Shown in pieces: positions 1-12,388 of a stretch of 64,000 bases of DNA (the first letter of the stretch is position 1; the number at the start of each line of letters is the position of its first letter). This DNA comes from Macrostomum hystrix. Its lineage: Eukaryota > Animalia > Platyhelminthes. A program made the translations under genes and the position numbers. Below the pieces are notes generated by a model, which was given only the letters and a program-made list of their open reading frames with translations, searched no databases and was not told where the DNA came from. The DNA is taken from the NCBI GenBank assembly GCA_950097015.1, contig CATNEN010000038.1, forward strand, positions 5,704,001 to 5,768,000, in the 5' to 3' direction.

Positions 1-680
1 GCATAAACCTATGAGGGAGTTACATACATAGGGACCGTGTTGTTGAGTATTCCTTGCCATCAAAATGGAGACGAGCAGAAAACAAATCGGACTCAAACTT
101 TTCTGCATGAATTGGCTGTTTCCCGTCCCGAGTATTTAGTAGTCCCTGTCGCAACTATACTCAATCAGTAAAATTGAAGAGCACTTATCCGGCCTAGATA
201 AGCCTGCTAAAGAGAGCTTCGATCGATAGAGACTCAAGTACAGTTGTAGCAAAATGGAACTGAAATCGACAGCTCAAAACGGCATTACCGTCGGCATACA
301 GGCGGATCCTAATCAAAGCGCATATTTGCATTCATTGGCCCCTTCCAGATAACGTTTGATGAGAGGGATGCTGCTTAACACAGTTAAGTCATAAATCGAG
401 TATTACGTATTGCGTACATAAAGATAAGTAGAAGGAGATTGCAGCCCTTAAGCTTAGCGTTTTCTGTTTGCTTAAGCCGCGTTGAACTAACAGACCAACT
501 GACCCCACTTAGTGAATAAAAGTAACATATTTTCATAGATTGACTAAACCGCCAACAACTAGCAGCTAACTGAAGCTGCAGAAAACTTCTAGAACATTTC
601 GAAAAGGCTTAGCATAGCGTTTTAAATGTTTACAGTTTATAGATGAAAATTCAACGATTGGCAGACAAGTGGCAAATATC

Positions 681-1872
681 TTTGACTTGACTTAACTTGA
701 CTTAGCTGTAGGGTGGTCCGAAGACAGAGCGAGGCGGGAGTCGTCCCTACGGTCCCCATGCATGCAGATTTCCCAGTCATTAATCTGGCGATTGATGACA
801 GTGGTTGGCATGGGGACTGCCGGCCCCATGTAAGAGCTGCTGCCTCCTTGTTTGGCAAGGCTGTCAGCGAGCTCGTTTCCACGGAAGCTCATGTGACCGG
901 GGATCCAGGTAAGCCTGATGGTGTTTTCACCAGCCAGGAGTTTGAGTTGCCGGACACAGTCGGAGACTCCCATACAGTTCTGCGGCGCAGGAGCTGATGG
1001 CAAGGATGTCGTTCTGGAAAACGCTAGAGAGTCTACTAGTGGCTTGAGAGTACGTAGATCTTACTTACTTAATTGCAGGGGGGCCTGGGGCACTTGACGC
1101 ACAAGCGCAGGAACGGCATGCCCCCAGGCCGGCGAACTAGGCGGGAGTCGCCCATCGCGCCATCTAGACCCCTGAACACAGGCACCTCATACACAGCCGC
1201 AAGCCAAGCGGGGAAGGGGGCGGCAGCCGGAGTGCCTCTCACCCCAGGCCCGCACACGCACAGAGCTGACCAAACAAGGGGAGGACTTACATGCCTGAAG
1301 GGTAGGGACGAGAGGACCAAGCCACGCGCGCAGACGGCTGGTGAAACCTCGCCGCTCAGAGCACGCATGGCTGGTGCACACCCGCCCCACCCCCCATACA
1401 ACGCCTCACACCCGGCCCAACGCACAAACACAAACACAAACAAGCAGGCATGCAGAAGGCAGGAGCGAAGCTATTATTTCAAGCTTTGATTGCACGAAAT
1501 ATGGTGCACCTCCGCCGGTCGCTACTGTCCAAACCCCCCCAACAAGTCCCGAAATTAATCGTGACTTGAAGGGTGAATCGAACTAGCGTCCTTTGGAGTG
1601 CGAGGCAGCGACGTTAGCCGCTGACCCACTCGCCCCCCAGTACGTAGATCAGAAGATCGATAATGCAGATGCTGACACCAAAGCCAGTAAGGCGCGCAGT
1701 AGACGCCGCTTCTTTCCGAATATGGATGTGGATATAAATATGGATCCAAAGGCAGCAGGTCGAGGAAGGCATTGAAGCCGTGAAAAGGCGCACAGAGAGG
1801 GGCGTTCAGTACCATGCGGCAAGCTCGCGCCTGCACCCTCTTTATTGCCTCAAGGCAGGTCTCGACTTGCAA
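681..1872 (-). mobile_element. Decayed non-LTR retrotransposon (LINE) 3' fragment: RT-RNase H connection, RNase H and (AAGTC)n tail; interrupted by a SINE at 1061-1638
   Basis: Minus-strand translations: KRVQARACRMVLNAP...LDLLPLD (connection region, ~1730-1860), SSVFQNDILAISSCAAEL (RNase H 'SVFQAEI' motif, ~980-1030) and LTWIPGHMSFRGNELADSLAKQG (RNase H C-terminus). Ends in an AAGTC-type tail at ~681-703. Frameshifted and internally deleted. Confidence 0.8.
1061..1638 (-). mobile_element. tRNA-derived SINE (family A), ~578 bp, nested in the LINE
   Basis: Minus-strand 5' end GGGGGGCGAGTGGGTCAGCGGCTAACG...GTTCGATTC (Pol III A and B boxes). 3' tail TAAGTAAGTAA. Flanked by a perfect 12-bp direct repeat AGTACGTAGATC (1049-1060 and 1639-1650), read as a TSD. 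Confidence 0.85.
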
Positions 1873-2141
1873 GTGCTAAGCTTGATACTTTACGTACCTG
1901 GCTGACCGACTGGTCGCCTGACTAATACCCATTTGATGCAACCTCCAAATTATAGCAATATTAGCGAGTTGCAGAAAATACAGGCATTGGCCGTTCCCCC
2001 CTCATTTTATCAGCCCTCCACTGCGCCTCCAACATTATAAATGCGAGCCAACAGAATTTAGGCTCCGACAGCGCTGCATGAACAACTGTATAAGGAGCAG
2101 AAGAACGAAAGACTCGATAAGACGACATTGTTAAGAGGCTA

Positions 2142-3836
2142 ATGATGCGTGACAAAGTAACAGCACTCCTTTATTTAGTTTGCCTTCTTGGCGGATGCTT
2201 ACTCGCCTACGGCTTTCCTGACGATGCAATCAAAAAGCGTTCTTCAAGGCAGCAGCCGGCGCTGCAACCGAGCTCCGACCCCAGCCACTGGATGACGATA
2301 GCCAAGCAGGACCTCAAGACTGCAACCGACGTTTTCCGACAGACCAAGGAGAAGCGAGCGAAGAACGCCATTCTCTTCCTCGGAGACGGAATGGGGGTGC
2401 CATCCGTCACCACGGGACGCATTCTAAAAGGCCAGCTCGCGGGAAACAGCGGCGAGGAAGCCACCCTGGAGTTCGAGAAGTTCTCACACACTGGCCTGTC
2501 GAAAACCTACAACACGGACATGCAGACACCGGACAGCGCCGCGACAGCCACCGCCTTTCTGTGCGGCGTGAAGGCGAGGTCCGGCACAATGGGCGTGAAC
2601 GAGCTCGTTCTCACTCGAAACTGCACCTCCCAGCTGAAGGATCACTATGTGCTGTCGTTCTTGAACGAAGCGCAGCAGCTCGGGAAGTCGGTCGGAATCG
2701 TCACCACCACAAGAATCACGCACGCCACACCTGGAGCTGCATACTCGCACACATCCTGGCGAGACTGGGAGGACGACACTGCGAGGAACAGAGAAGTGAA
2801 GGACGAGTCAGTTCGTCACATGTGCCCAGACATTGCTGAGCAGTTGGTTGAGTACGCCATCAACTACACCGTGATCTTCGGAGGTGGTCGAAGAAAGTTT
2901 TTTCCCAGCAATGTGTCCACAGTCGATCCCGTCACTGGAAAGGAGGTGTTTGGTAGCAGGAGCGACTTTGTGAACCTGGTGGAGAGGTGGAAGCAGCGAC
3001 AGGCGGGATTCGGGCGTCAAGCCATGTACCTGGAGACTCGCCAGCAACTGCTGGATGCCGCTGAAAGCCCCAACGCTGTCTACCTTGGACTGCTTGCGAC
3101 TGATCACCTTCGATACGACTTGGACAATCAGGAGGACCAGAAGGAGCCAACGCTGGAAGAAATGACTCGGAAAGCCATCAACATTTTGAAGCAGAACCCG
3201 AACGGATTCGCTCTTCTGGTCGAAGGCGGACGCATCGATCACGCCCATCATAAGAACTTGGCAAAGAAGTCCATGCACGACCTGGTGGCATTCGACAAGG
3301 CGATCAAGACGGCAGGTGAACTGACGAGCTCCGATGAGACTCTTTCCGTTGTGACTGCTGATCACAGTCACGTGTTTTCTATCGGAGGCTGGGGTCGCAG
3401 AGGTCAGCCAGTGTTCGGCAAGGTAAAAAGCTCTTATAAAAACGTCTATAACAGCAAAGGGGAGGCCCTGGCGGAAGACGGTCTGCCCTACACATCGCTG
3501 TACTACGGCGACGGACCTTCGGCAGTGTTTGGTCCAAGAGCGAACATCACGGATGTTGACACTGAAGCAAAAGATTACAGGCCTCAGGCCTTAGTAAAGT
3601 TTAGTTCTGAGTCGCACGGAGCTGAGGACGTGCCAATCTATGCCAAGGGCCCAGGATCTCACCTGTTCCACGCAACCCACGAGCAGTCGTACATTGCACA
3701 CGTCATCAGGCACTCGCTGTGCATCGGATCATATTCCGCTGAGAACTACTGCCTGCCGAGCTCTTCTAGTTCGACTTCGCCCTCAATAGCCAGCCTAGTG
3801 TTGCTGCTGCTTATCAAGATGCTACTGCTAAACTGA
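2142..3836 (+). CDS. ALP: Alkaline phosphatase (animal ALP family), signal peptide and probable GPI anchor, single coding exon, 564 aa
   Basis: Motifs ILFLGDGMG, QTPDSAATATAFLCGVK (catalytic Ser), THATPG, LLVEGGRIDHAHH, VTADHSH, ESHGAEDV. Hydrophobic N-terminus; Ser-rich spacer followed by hydrophobic C-terminus. Confidence 0.96.
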   Translation: MMRDKVTALLYLVCLLGGCLLAYGFPDDAIKKRSSRQQPALQPSSDPSHWMTIAKQDLKTATDVFRQTKEKRAKNAILFLGDGMGVPSVTTGRILKGQLAGNSGEEATLEFEKFSHTGLSKTYNTDMQTPDSAATATAFLCGVKARSGTMGVNELVLTRNCTSQLKDHYVLSFLNEAQQLGKSVGIVTTTRITHATPGAAYSHTSWRDWEDDTARNREVKDESVRHMCPDIAEQLVEYAINYTVIFGGGRRKFFPSNVSTVDPVTGKEVFGSRSDFVNLVERWKQRQAGFGRQAMYLETRQQLLDAAESPNAVYLGLLATDHLRYDLDNQEDQKEPTLEEMTRKAINILKQNPNGFALLVEGGRIDHAHHKNLAKKSMHDLVAFDKAIKTAGELTSSDETLSVVTADHSHVFSIGGWGRRGQPVFGKVKSSYKNVYNSKGEALAEDGLPYTSLYYGDGPSAVFGPRANITDVDTEAKDYRPQALVKFSSESHGAEDVPIYAKGPGSHLFHATHEQSYIAHVIRHSLCIGSYSAENYCLPSSSSSTSPSIASLVLLLLIKMLLLN

Positions 3837-6585
3837 AAGTTGTATTATTTGTTGGTGCAGAGACTTTTGCTTAGTTGGTTAGAGCATGTAACGAGTGCTT
3901 TAATAAGAGGTTAAGTGTTGTGTTGTAGCATCTCACTATATCTTGCAAATAGTATGACATAAAATATATTTTTATTAAAAGCACTATCCGCAATATCTAC
4001 AGCCCACTTTATATACGCATGCCTGAATGTATTGATTATTATGCTTTAGTCTCTAAGGTGTTCCAATACTTTTAGGTTTCTTGATTTTATTACAGGGAAT
4101 CTTTACACTGCAGGCGCTGAACTGGTTGATAAATATAAGTTGACGCTTAATTCGCTTTGTATGTCCCCAAACCGCAATAAGTGCAACCTGGTGGCTTTTT
4201 GTAATTCGCTTATGAAATACAATGATGGTTGCATCATTGTGTAAATTTTTAATTTTTTATTGATTCAAGTCTGAGCCTTTCTTGTGGCCAGATATTCTAT
4301 GTCTATGGCAAAACCTCACAAAGGATCCTCCCAAAGGACATTCTGCAAAAGCGATTCTGTGGCAAAATATTTCGGTGCTCGCGAAAGGATCTCCAAAGGG
4401 CGAAGCGAACTAACTGGTCATTAGAGCGATTGAGAGAGGAACTCCAATCCGCGAGATTGCTGACAGCTAAAGACTGCGTTCAACATTCGCCGGCAGTTCG
4501 AAATAGGTTTGTAACTTCCTGCTTTCTCTCTCTTGTCTGCGCAGTGCATCACATTGGTTTAGATAAACAAATCCTATTAGCACGCTCTGAAATCTGAAAT
4601 TTTTGATCCTATTTTGCGCGTCCATTTTGACAGCTACCCCTTTGTGTCTACCGGGATAGACACAAATTTTTTTGTTTTGTTTTTATATTAAAAATGTATA
4701 TACATTTGATCATTTTTAAGTTGTCCTTAAACGCATGGGCCACCCGGTATGTAATGTTCTAGAGCGATCAGTGGTTTCATATTGTGTCATGCTCAAGTTT
4801 AATTCTTCTTCTACAGCTTGTACAGTATTAAAAAACCTCTTATTGATTGTTTCTTTCGAGTACTACGAGTACAATATTTAGCTATATTTAGCTCGCATAC
4901 ACATATTTAGCAAAAACTTGATACAATTCTCTACAGCAAAGCAGAATTAGACCAGTAATTCCATGACTTCTCATTTTGTTTATTTTTACATCGGATTGAG
5001 AGTATTTATGAACAGCGAAAACAAGAATATACGTTTTTGTTATGGACAATATTATGAAGAATATAAAATAAAAAAGTCACATCCATCTTAAAATATTTAA
5101 ATTTAAATTAAAAAAGACTTCTATTTGGCACCTACTGCTCAATCTGTTCTCATATGGTATTTTCGGTCTTGCAGTTTGCAATGGTTCGCAATATGTTTCC
5201 TAGTCTAAAAAAGGATAGAGTAACAGCAGCAGAACTCGGGTTGCTAATTTCTTTTTCATTATTTTTGGCAGAATAACGATCATCTCAACCGAGAAGTTGA
5301 TGTGACTGAACTTACTCGAGTTTTTAGCTCTTCGAAATTTGTGTTGTACGAGCGCGTAATTGCTTTTTTCCGGACTCCTGCCACTGCAGTTCAGCACAAC
5401 TTCGCAAATTGCTTCAACAAATAATTGAAGGCATTAAGCAGTCTGCAATAAAAATGCTTCTGCTCGCGCGAGAATTCGACAGAAATGACTTTCACACTCG
5501 TTTTAGGATCGATTTCGGATTCAGCCCTTCTAAAAATAGAGAATAACATGCGAAATTCAACCTGAAAATAGCTCGTACGTACGTTAGAAGCAACTTGTTT
5601 CTGCGTGATAAATCTGCGTGATTTATCTTGCAATAAATATAAAGATTTATCGTTATTCTCTGGGCAAATTTGGTTAAATGTAAAGCTCACATAATTCTAA
5701 CAAAATGAAGATAATAATTTATTTACTCAGAATTCGACAAATAGTTTAAGCAATAAGCAATAGTTTAACTATGAACTGCGTAAAATATGGAATATCAAGT
5801 TAGTTTATAAGATGTGAAAGGACAGTTGTACATGTGTGAGGTTTTATGGGATTTTTTAATAGGCTTAAGGAAGCCTTTGGTCCAGTTTCATCATGGACCT
5901 GAATTTCTTCCCAAACCAAGCAGATTGTGCCTTAAAGCAAAAGATAATTAACTGCTATAATTAACTCCCCATTGCTCCAAACCATGCACTCACATTTGAA
6001 ACTTTTGCAATCATTTGCTGGCATAGAAATGTCAATCCTGCGACCAAACTGACTGAATTCAGTAACTTGTCGATCCAGTCGACTAGATACGCCCAGACAT
6101 CTCACCCCAGTCCTTCCCTGGGGGATGAATGGGATAAAATAGGGATTTCGTACAAATTATTGCCTTAAATATTTCAATAGTGCGAATGATTTTATTGTAG
6201 GCAAAATGTCTGAAGTATGAGAGCTACGAAAGCGTAAAACACCGGTTTTGTTTTTGCAATTCTCATGCTTTTCGTATTCGCGTTTTTAAAGTAAAGTAAC
6301 CGTTTTGACCAAGAAGTGCTTTTTGGTTTTTTAGAGTTAAGATATAGTTTATCAATACTCGTATAAGGTTTTAATTCGCATTTCCACCAAAATTCATGAA
6401 GCCGCGGCATGCATGCACGTCGGTAATGTCGAAAAAGTCAGCCTTTGCCGGCTTGTTTTACGGGGTACCATAGCTAACGAAGACGTGGAAGCACACGTTT
6501 TTTCAACACTCTTTATTGCGAAGCAATAATTATTGCGTGTCGTCAGTTGATATACTATCGGGAGATCGGGAGCTACAACCAACTA

Positions 6586-6903
6586 GCAGAGGTTGTAGCC
6601 TAGTGGTTAGGGCGTCGGACTCACGACTTGAAGGTCGAATGTTCGATTCCCGACTCCACTGGAACAATTTGCGTCCTTTAGCAAGACACTTAACTTTGCA
6701 TTGCTTCAGTTCACCCAGCTGTTAAATGGGTACCAGCATCAGCTGGGATAATTGAAGGTGGGTGTGGCGTCTCCCCAGTCCGTGGACTGGACAGCTGTAC
6801 CCAGCCTTCAGATGCGCCGCGCATTAGCTGCGGCTGTGCTGTCGTCTGCACATCTGACCCAATTGGGGCAGGTGTAATCAATTATTAATTATTATTATTA
6901 TTG
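6586..6903 (+). mobile_element. tRNA-derived SINE (family B) with CORE/MIR-like central domain and (ATT)n tail
   Basis: A box TAGCCTAGTGGTT (~6596), B box GTTCGATTCC (~6642). Central GTCCTTTAGCAAGACACTTAAC...CTTCAGTTCACCCAGCTGTTAAATGGGTACC resembles the CORE-SINE domain. Ends ATTATTAATTATTATTATTATT. No clear TSD. Confidence 0.75.
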
Positions 6904-7280
6904 GGAGAGATTTAGTGTAGGCGTATATATTCTCTAACTTGCTGAAGTTTCATTCTTCTTCTACAGCTTCACAGTAATAAAAAAACCTCGTATGCAAATT
7001 CGATTGCTAGAAATATGTCCTTGGACGAGCGCTGCTTGTGATAAGCGATTCCAATAGCAGCTGAGGCCAGCAGCACAATGGCAAAGATGAGATAGTCCAA
7101 CCAGTGGAACACAATGTTGGCCATGTTGGGGCGTTGGGACTTCAAAGCTGAAATAATTTAGAATACGGTCAAATTGCATCTACAGATTGCGAACCATTAC
7201 TATTGAAATAATTTTAATTAACACCATGATTTTGTCATGAGATCCAATTTTATACCAAATTCGATATCAACACAGAGAAA

Positions 7281-7878
7281 CCTGGATCTTGATTGTGAGA
7301 TCCCTGTATCCCGATTGTTAGATCCTTGGATCCCGATTATTAGATCCCTGGATCCCGATTGTTAGATCCCTGGATCCCGACTGTGAGATCCCTGGATCCC
7401 GATTGTAATATCCCTGGATCCCGATTGTTAGATCCCTGGATCCCGATTGTTAGATCCTTGGATCCCGATTATTAGATCCCTGGATCCCGATTGTTAGATC
7501 CCTGGATCCCGACTGTGAGATCCCTGGATCCCGATTGTAATATCCCTGGATCCCGATTGTTAGATCCCTGGATCCCGACTGTCAGAATCCTGGATCCTGA
7601 TTGTGAGATCCCTGGATCCCCAGTGTCAGAATCCTGGATCCTGATTGTTCGATCCCTGGATCCCGAGTGTCAGAATCCTGAATCCTGATTGTGAGATCCC
7701 TGGATCCCGATTGTGAGATCCCTGGATCTCGATTGTGAGATCCCTGCATGCCGAGTGTCAGAATCCTGGATCCTGATTGTTCGATCCCTGGATCCCGAGT
7801 GTCAGAATCCTGGATCCCGATTGTTAGATCCCTGGATCCCGAGTGTCAGAATCCTGGATCCCGACTGTGAGATTCCTG
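7281..7878. repeat. 22-bp minisatellite (GATCCCTGGATCCCGATTGTTA)n
   Basis: Directly visible tandem array. Confidence 0.95.
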
Positions 7879-10800
7879 AATTTAGTCACTACAAGTACAC
7901 AAATATATGTCAAATATATTACGAAAATGTTAAACGACGAAAAAGTAGTGCAACGAGAACTTACTAAGTTATAAAAAAGAGAAAATTAAGACCAACTCTT
8001 TTTACCAGACACATTGTGAACTCTATTAGCATACATTGTAAATAGGGGGGCACTTGATAATCTCTAGAAGGCTTTTTCTAGCAATTAGATAGTACACAGA
8101 GTTAATTTGTCAAGTCAAGAAGCTAAATTAGTTGCTAACTAAACACATTCGCTTCGCAAGAAATTCGATCCAACGATTCTAAGATTGGCTTAATCTTATC
8201 TTTTAATAATGTACAGTCTCCGTAAACTGATAAACTATGCGAATCAAAGCAAGCTAAAGTGAAAGTAAAAGCTGTCATGGAATAGATAAACTTGTAAAAA
8301 CAAACTCGACAACCAGCTAGAATCTATCACAGAGAAACAAGAGGGAAGAACGAGGAGGAAGAAGAGTGCAGAAATGGGACAGGAAAGAGGGTAGAAAGGG
8401 GAGAGGAAAGGGGTAGAAAGGGGGAGAGGGGAGAGGGTAGAAATAAAAAGGGAAGAGGGTAGAAAGGGATAGTTTCTGTATCGGTCACTACGGTGGAAAG
8501 TCAAGTTAAGTGTGAAAGAAGAAAAGTACACAGAAGAAGTTAAAGAAAAAAAAGTTTTAATAGATTATAAAACTGCCGCACGTTCCCATTGGCTAGTGAA
8601 GGCGAAGGCCTCGCAGCCAATAAGACGCGACTTAGAACTCTCAATGCCGAACTCTCTGTCGTTTTTTACTAGTTGTTTTGACTAATAATCAAATTAAAGC
8701 TAACTGTTAGTCACTTCAGAGAGCATTGATTACAGTTTTAATTTACATTTATTTATCGTCAAAATTTTTCTCTCGGCAAAGTGAAAGGCTAATAACAAAC
8801 GCCCACACTATTTTGACTTATATGATCATAAGAAAATTAAGTATGTACTGCATGTCAATTAAAGAAAGTGAGATCGAATATTAAAATGCGCAATTTTTCG
8901 TGCCTTGAAAGTGTCTAGCCAGAACGATGGTGGATTATGTTCAGAAATGTACCGTCGGATTGTGCGCCATAAAATTTTAATTTTTTTTATTTCTACGTTC
9001 TATATTGACTCAATTTAATTTAATCTTGCCGCATGCAACCCTCACGAATACTGAGCCCTGTTTGCGTCGGGTAAAAAAATTGGAAATCTTTGCTAAATCT
9101 GGGTACTTTATTATTGCAACAGAATGTTATGGCTGTGGGTGCGTTAGAAAATCGGTGACGTTAGGATTGCGAGCGAATGGCTGTTTTAAGCATGAAATCT
9201 TAATTTAGTATGACATTGATACGAAATAGTATTTATGATTTCGTTCGAAACTCGAAATAGAACTCTAGTTATATAATGTGAACAAACAAGCATGGTAATT
9301 GCAGTCCTTTAAAAATAAAAGTGGGCTACCTGTTTGTGACGAATGGCGAAGGAGTGGAGACGAATAAGTATAATTGTTATGTTGCGGAATCTCCACTTTA
9401 GGAGTAAGTAGAAATCAGTCGTGAGCTCTGCCAACCCTACCCAAATTGACCACTAGAACCCCTATAGCAGTAAAAAAGTACTTTGATTCAGGAAGATATA
9501 TGCGACTTCGACTGGAAGCATCACACTTTCAAAAGTGAATTGTTCGATGACTTCATGAACTTACAAAAATGAAAGGCGTGGATAACGTGTTATTTGCCTT
9601 TTTATTTTCGTTAATGTAAAATTTAATTTGATATTGACTCTGTTTTTATTCTTTCTTTTAATATATATATATATTTCCAGAATGAAATAAATGGTGTGCA
9701 CCCATAAATGGTATCTAATATATTTAGACAAAAAAGTTTTCTGCCTGGCATTAATATAAATATGCGTAGGGCCTAACGTTGCATCTAATCTTTGTCATAT
9801 TTTGTCACGAAGGTTGAAATTCTATGAACGGAATTTCAAGATATCTATAGACTTAGAAGTCGACAGACTATAACTAGTTTTTTATATTTTGAAAGAACTT
9901 TAAGTTTGCTTTGCTTCATGTGAATGTTACTTAGCCTACTACTGAGTACAATTTTACAACTTAGCGACAACATATGATTATTTGGACATGTTAATTTAAG
10001 GTAGACCTTAAATTTGTAGAGTGTAGTTATGCCTATACTCAGTGCCTTTGGCAGTAGTTAGCTTAAGCCCTAGTGCTAATTCGAAGTTAGTCTAGGGCCT
10101 ATTGTTCTCTAACTTGAAAAAAGTGTATAAATTCTCCTGCAACTGATCTCTTTAACTGCAACTTTACTTAGGTTTACCTCTCTTAACAACAGGATCTCAA
10201 TGTTGACAATAACACCAATATATTATTATATCAGGTCAGGTATATTCTCACTTTCTAGTAGATGTAAATCTGATACAATAGAATGCAAAAATTTACATTT
10301 GTGCAGGTAGCTAACTAACTTATTATAATTTATAATTTATAATAAGCTAAATGCCCTATTGGAATAAATGACAAAATCTGTGGATGCATGACACAGGTGT
10401 AAAAAATGTGGCTTCAAAGTGCAATGCAACACAAAATGCTAGGCCTATAATAACCTAACCAACTAACTATGCTTTATAAAGACGAAAAGCTCGCTCGCTG
10501 CGGCGTGACGCTTTGGTGATGCCCCGCAATACGAAGCAACACAAAAAAGTCTGAAAATGCTAAGGATGGTTGGATGCAATTTGTCAACATAATTAGGCCT
10601 ATTTGTCAATTTGTCAACTAGGGGCTAAATATATGGTCTATGCCTGCTTTTTAGCTATCTTCAAGTTAAAAGCTTAGTCACTTAGTGTTTAGCAGTCTCA
10701 CCTCTTGCCTTTATCCAAATGTGAAACCTAGCTATATAGAAATCAAAATAGTTTTTTTATCTTAATATAAAAATCTTAATAGGCCTATATTCTATTATAT

Positions 10801-12388
10801 AGCTAGTAAATTATACACAATTCAAATTCCAAGTTTGAGTATCTCACTAGGCATATCTATCTGTATCAAAAGCTGACAACAGCAATTGGCAAAGTGAAAT
10901 TAGAATATTATTTAAATATTTTTGTTTACAATTTTCAATTTCAGCCTTTAGTAGATTTGGTTCTATTATTGCTCACTCTTAATGTTATACAATCAGCATA
11001 GGCTAGAGTTTATCAGGCCTAGCTAATAAATAAATATTAGCATTCAAAAAAGACAAATGTCTTTCGAAATTTTTCATATCAGATTTACCCATACAGAAAA
11101 AGAATTGAACTTTTCTGGCCATGAGATAATATATATATTCTGTATTATTAAGTGGTCTGGTAATGGTTAGCATTTGGATCATGAGATTCTAAAGGGTAAA
11201 GTGATAAGTTATAAAGTAGTTCTAAAGTTGGAATTGTTTATTTTAATAGTCAGGTGGCAAAGCTGACTAATCAATAACTAAGTAGAGGCTAAGTAAATAA
11301 TAAAATTTTATGTCTCATTGATGAGAAAGCACTTAGGCCATATTTAGGAATTTGTATTGGGGGAGACATACAATATTAAAGTCCCATTAATATTGGGGGA
11401 ACATTTGTGTACATTTAGCATAGCATAAATTTAGCTTAATAGATTCTTGTGGCATAACTACCTTGGCAAAAATCTTTGACCAAATACATCATTGATGCCA
11501 GATTTTTTTAACAGTAGGACTGCCAAGCCATTTTGGTTCCCATTTTTATATCTATTTCTAAAAGGAAAATTTTATTGGAAATATGACAAATAATGAATTT
11601 TAGCACTGCCTGAATGCTAACAGTGTTTGGTGTTGACTGATTGGTTGACAGACTAGATAATGATGTCCTATAGTTGAGCTACGCCTGGTATTTAGGCTTG
11701 ATCAGTGAAACAGGAGAAATTCATGTCAAAGGGTGTCCATTGTAGCCTATTTCTAATTGTTGTAGCCTTTGAAGGTCCAACAAATTTGTCTAGATAAAGG
11801 TAGGTGATCACTGAAGATGGAGATAAAATTTTGGAGATGAAGAAGGTGAAACACAGATCAATTTTAAAGGCCTGGCAAGGCCACACTCAGGCACAGTGCT
11901 AATTTGTGTATTGGGGTGTATGAAATCTGACTATCAGCCATTGAATATGTCAGGTCTGAAGAGCTGGCAACTTGATTATTTTTTCAGAAGATGTGCAGCA
12001 AAAAGTTGGCCCGTGTTCTTGAGTTTTGTCTGCTTGCATTTCCCCATTCGGGTGCAGCACACAATTTGTCATAGTGGTGGAAATTTACCCCCGGTAGTTC
12101 TACTGTTAATAATCATGCCAGATTATGATCGCTTAATGGTTTCACAGGTTCGCACGTCTGCCCTGACTTTCCCACCAACAGGCAGTGTATACTTTCCATT
12201 GTACCTTGAAGGTTGGCCCATAAGGGAGATTAGCCAAGAGTGTGATGGACCCATTAGCAAAGAAAGTTGTTAGTTTTTTCCAAGTAAACTTTATCAAATT
12301 ATTTGAACTTCTCATATTACAATGAACCTATCTTTCTGTGTTATTTCATACAAAAATGGAACAAACTGTGTTTCAGTCACAGTGTGAC

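Noticed and set aside
6586-6660. Possible tRNA gene (also 61455-61520 and 1570-1638)
   Set aside because: A and B boxes are present but no convincing cloverleaf or T-run terminator, and each continues into a SINE body.
8340-8470. Purine-rich tract
   Set aside because: Simple low-complexity sequence; the antisense ORF is compositional.
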